NCBI GenBank assembly: GCA_020697515.1
Contig: JAIXNB010000020.1
Span: 1-7,296 of the forward strand
From: Nanobdellota archaeon
GTDB lineage: Archaea > Nanobdellota > Nanobdellia > Nanobdellales > Nanobdellaceae
Direction: 5' to 3'
Length of the DNA stretch: 7,296 bases
Shown: positions 6,298 through 7,296 of the stretch, piece after piece
Layout of the letters: the number at the start of each line of letters is the position of its first letter
Numbering within the stretch: position 1 is the first letter of the stretch
Notes under the pieces: model-generated
Seen by the model: only the letters and a program-made list of their open reading frames with translations
Databases searched by the model: none
Told to the model about the DNA's origin: nothing
Program-made: the position numbers and the translations under genes

Positions 6298-7296
6298 TCA
6301 TAAATTCCCTCTATCTCTTAATTTTCTGAAAAAATCCATTATTGTTTTCTGCTTTGATATAATTTGCTCTTTAGATATTTTCAGAGCATGTAGAATACTT
6401 TCCACGGCAGGAAATATCTGCCTATTAATATAATAATCTGGATCATATTCTTTTCCTTTACATTCTTCTGGAAGTTTTACCTTATCAGAAATTTTACCAC
6501 CACCTTGACATATCACATATTCAACAATAAAACCCGATCTTACTTTATAACCTTTTAGTTTATACTTTTTTGCAGCTACAACGTGTGGAGCATCTACTTT
6601 ATATTCTTCTAACCTCTTTCTTAATTGTTCTCTTATAATGAACTTTTCTAAAGGCAATTCTTTATTCTTTACCTTTTGTATGAGATCTTTTAAATAATTT
6701 ATTAATTTATTAACATCTCCTTCCCTAAGTAAAATATCTATAACAGTTTCTTGAGCCTCTTTTGCAATAGGTGCCCAATCCCTCCTAACAACTTCAAATC
6801 CTCTAAGTTTTATCTTACCAGATTCAGATAATAATGCATATTTCTTTTTTGCTCCGGCTTCTTTAGATCTTTTAGCTACGAATATTCCACGTATATAAAA
6901 ATCTTCTAGCTCTAATTCCAAGGGATCAGGTAAAATTTTATTAGCTTCTTCTAAAAACTTTAAAGCATCATCTTTATTATTAACTAAAATAAATATGGAG
7001 TCTGTATTGTGTAGATAGATCATACCACAAGCATCTACAAACATACTATCCTCTGTCCCTAAATCGTATACATAATCACCATAAGACTCTTCCTTAATTC
7101 TTATATCTAATCTCTTGTTGTAATTTTTTGTTGTAATAGATATTTTATATTCATTTTTGTGTGGTCTATAAGAGATAGTGTATTTATATCCCACCAACGT
7201 TAGTAGAAAAGAAACTCCGCTAATCAAATTTAAAGAGGTAGAATAATATCTAAAATGAGTACTATTATATTTTTTAGAATATCTTTTGTCGGGCCA
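6298..7296 (-). CDS. polB: Family B DNA polymerase, 3' portion. The C-extein is 7005..6298, preceded by the intein C-terminal part 7296..7006. The gene is truncated by the window edge.
   Basis: The C-extein TDSIFILV...LELELEDFYIRGIFVAKRSKEAGAKKKYALLSESGKIKLRGFEVVRRDWAPIAKEAQ...PHVVAAKK...DPDYYINRQIFPAVESIL is collinear with euryarchaeal PolB from motif C (xDTDS) through the KKxY and RG(L/F)E(I/V)VRRDW regions to the C-terminus. The frame has no stop between 7227 and 7296 (translation WPDKRYSKKYNSTHFRYYSTSLN precedes LISGVSF), so the TTG at 7227 is internal. Confidence 0.9.
   Translation of the reverse strand, partial: WPDKRYSKKYNSTHFRYYSTSLNLISGVSFLLTLVGYKYTISYRPHKNEYKISITTKNYNKRLDIRIKEESYGDYVYDLGTEDSMFVDACGMIYLHNTDSIFILVNNKDDALKFLEEANKILPDPLELELEDFYIRGIFVAKRSKEAGAKKKYALLSESGKIKLRGFEVVRRDWAPIAKEAQETVIDILLREGDVNKLINYLKDLIQKVKNKELPLEKFIIREQLRKRLEEYKVDAPHVVAAKKYKLKGYKVRSGFIVEYVICQGGGKISDKVKLPEECKGKEYDPDYYINRQIFPAVESILHALKISKEQIISKQKTIMDFFRKLRDRGNL
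7006..7296 (-). mobile_element. Intein (C-terminal roughly 97 codons visible) inserted in PolB motif C, probably carrying a LAGLIDADG-type homing endonuclease domain
   Basis: Blocks F/G at 7071..7006 read VYDLGTEDSMFVDACGMIYLHN, ending in the His-Asn splice dipeptide (CAC AAT, 7011..7006). A +1 Thr (ACA, 7005..7003) follows and begins TDS of motif C. Upstream, YYSTSLNLISGVSFLLTLVGYKYTISYR...YKISI (about 7248..7171) resembles the tail of a homing endonuclease domain (S..La....lLL..lGI..si...y.i.i). Confidence 0.8.

Noticed and set aside
7003-7023. PolB with an inactivated motif C (YLHNTDS, first catalytic Asp replaced by Asn), i.e. a degenerate or inactive polymerase paralogue
   Set aside because: The residues before HN do not resemble the PolB palm domain but match intein blocks F/G. 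HN followed by Thr is the canonical intein C-terminal junction, and the frame continues open upstream. After splicing the motif would be restored as YxD-TDS, with the YxD part expected outside the window.
7225-7227. TTG at 7227 as the start codon of the polymerase-like ORF
   Set aside because: There is no in-frame stop between it and the window edge, the 23 upstream codons are open, and the protein context is mid-intein. It is an artefact of ORF calling in a truncated gene.
1-7296. Possibility of a novel defence, toxin-antitoxin, CRISPR or other accessory system in this window
   Set aside because: Every substantial ORF is accounted for by a well-known enzyme family (WecB, GT4, GT2, FkbM, PolB/intein). 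No nuclease, ATPase, repeat-array, integrase or unassigned multi-gene module is visible. Claiming a new system would not be supported by the sequence.

Overview
Strongly AT-rich window whose proteins are rich in Lys, Ile and Tyr. The euryarchaeal-type family B DNA polymerase, its intein and TATA-like boxes about 24-28 nt upstream of ATGs suggest an archaeal, possibly thermophilic, source. I cannot name the organism. About 6.2 kb is a surface-glycan biosynthesis locus. A GT4 glycosyltransferase lies on the minus strand at 1..597, runs off the window and is missing from the ORF track. It is transcribed divergently from a plus-strand run of four genes: UDP-GlcNAc 2-epimerase (774..1880), GT4 (1852..2901), a membrane-anchored GT2 (2953..3981) and an FkbM-family methyltransferase (4152..4946). 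A further GT4 lies on the minus strand (5111..6199). The right end (6298..7296, minus) is the 3' part of a family B DNA polymerase gene. The reading frame there stays open to the window edge. Residues ...VYDLGTEDSMFVDACGMIYLHN|TDS... are the C-terminal splice junction of an intein inserted in polymerase motif C (YxD|TDS). The track's start at 7227 is therefore an internal TTG, not a real start. Two track ORFs (143..448 plus, 4788..4994 minus) are antisense shadows of real genes. I found no rRNA, tRNA, CRISPR array, transposase or recognisable defence or toxin module, and no convincing evidence of an undescribed system. The most notable items are the polB intein, the hidden GT4 gene and an 11-bp inverted repeat in the divergent promoter region.
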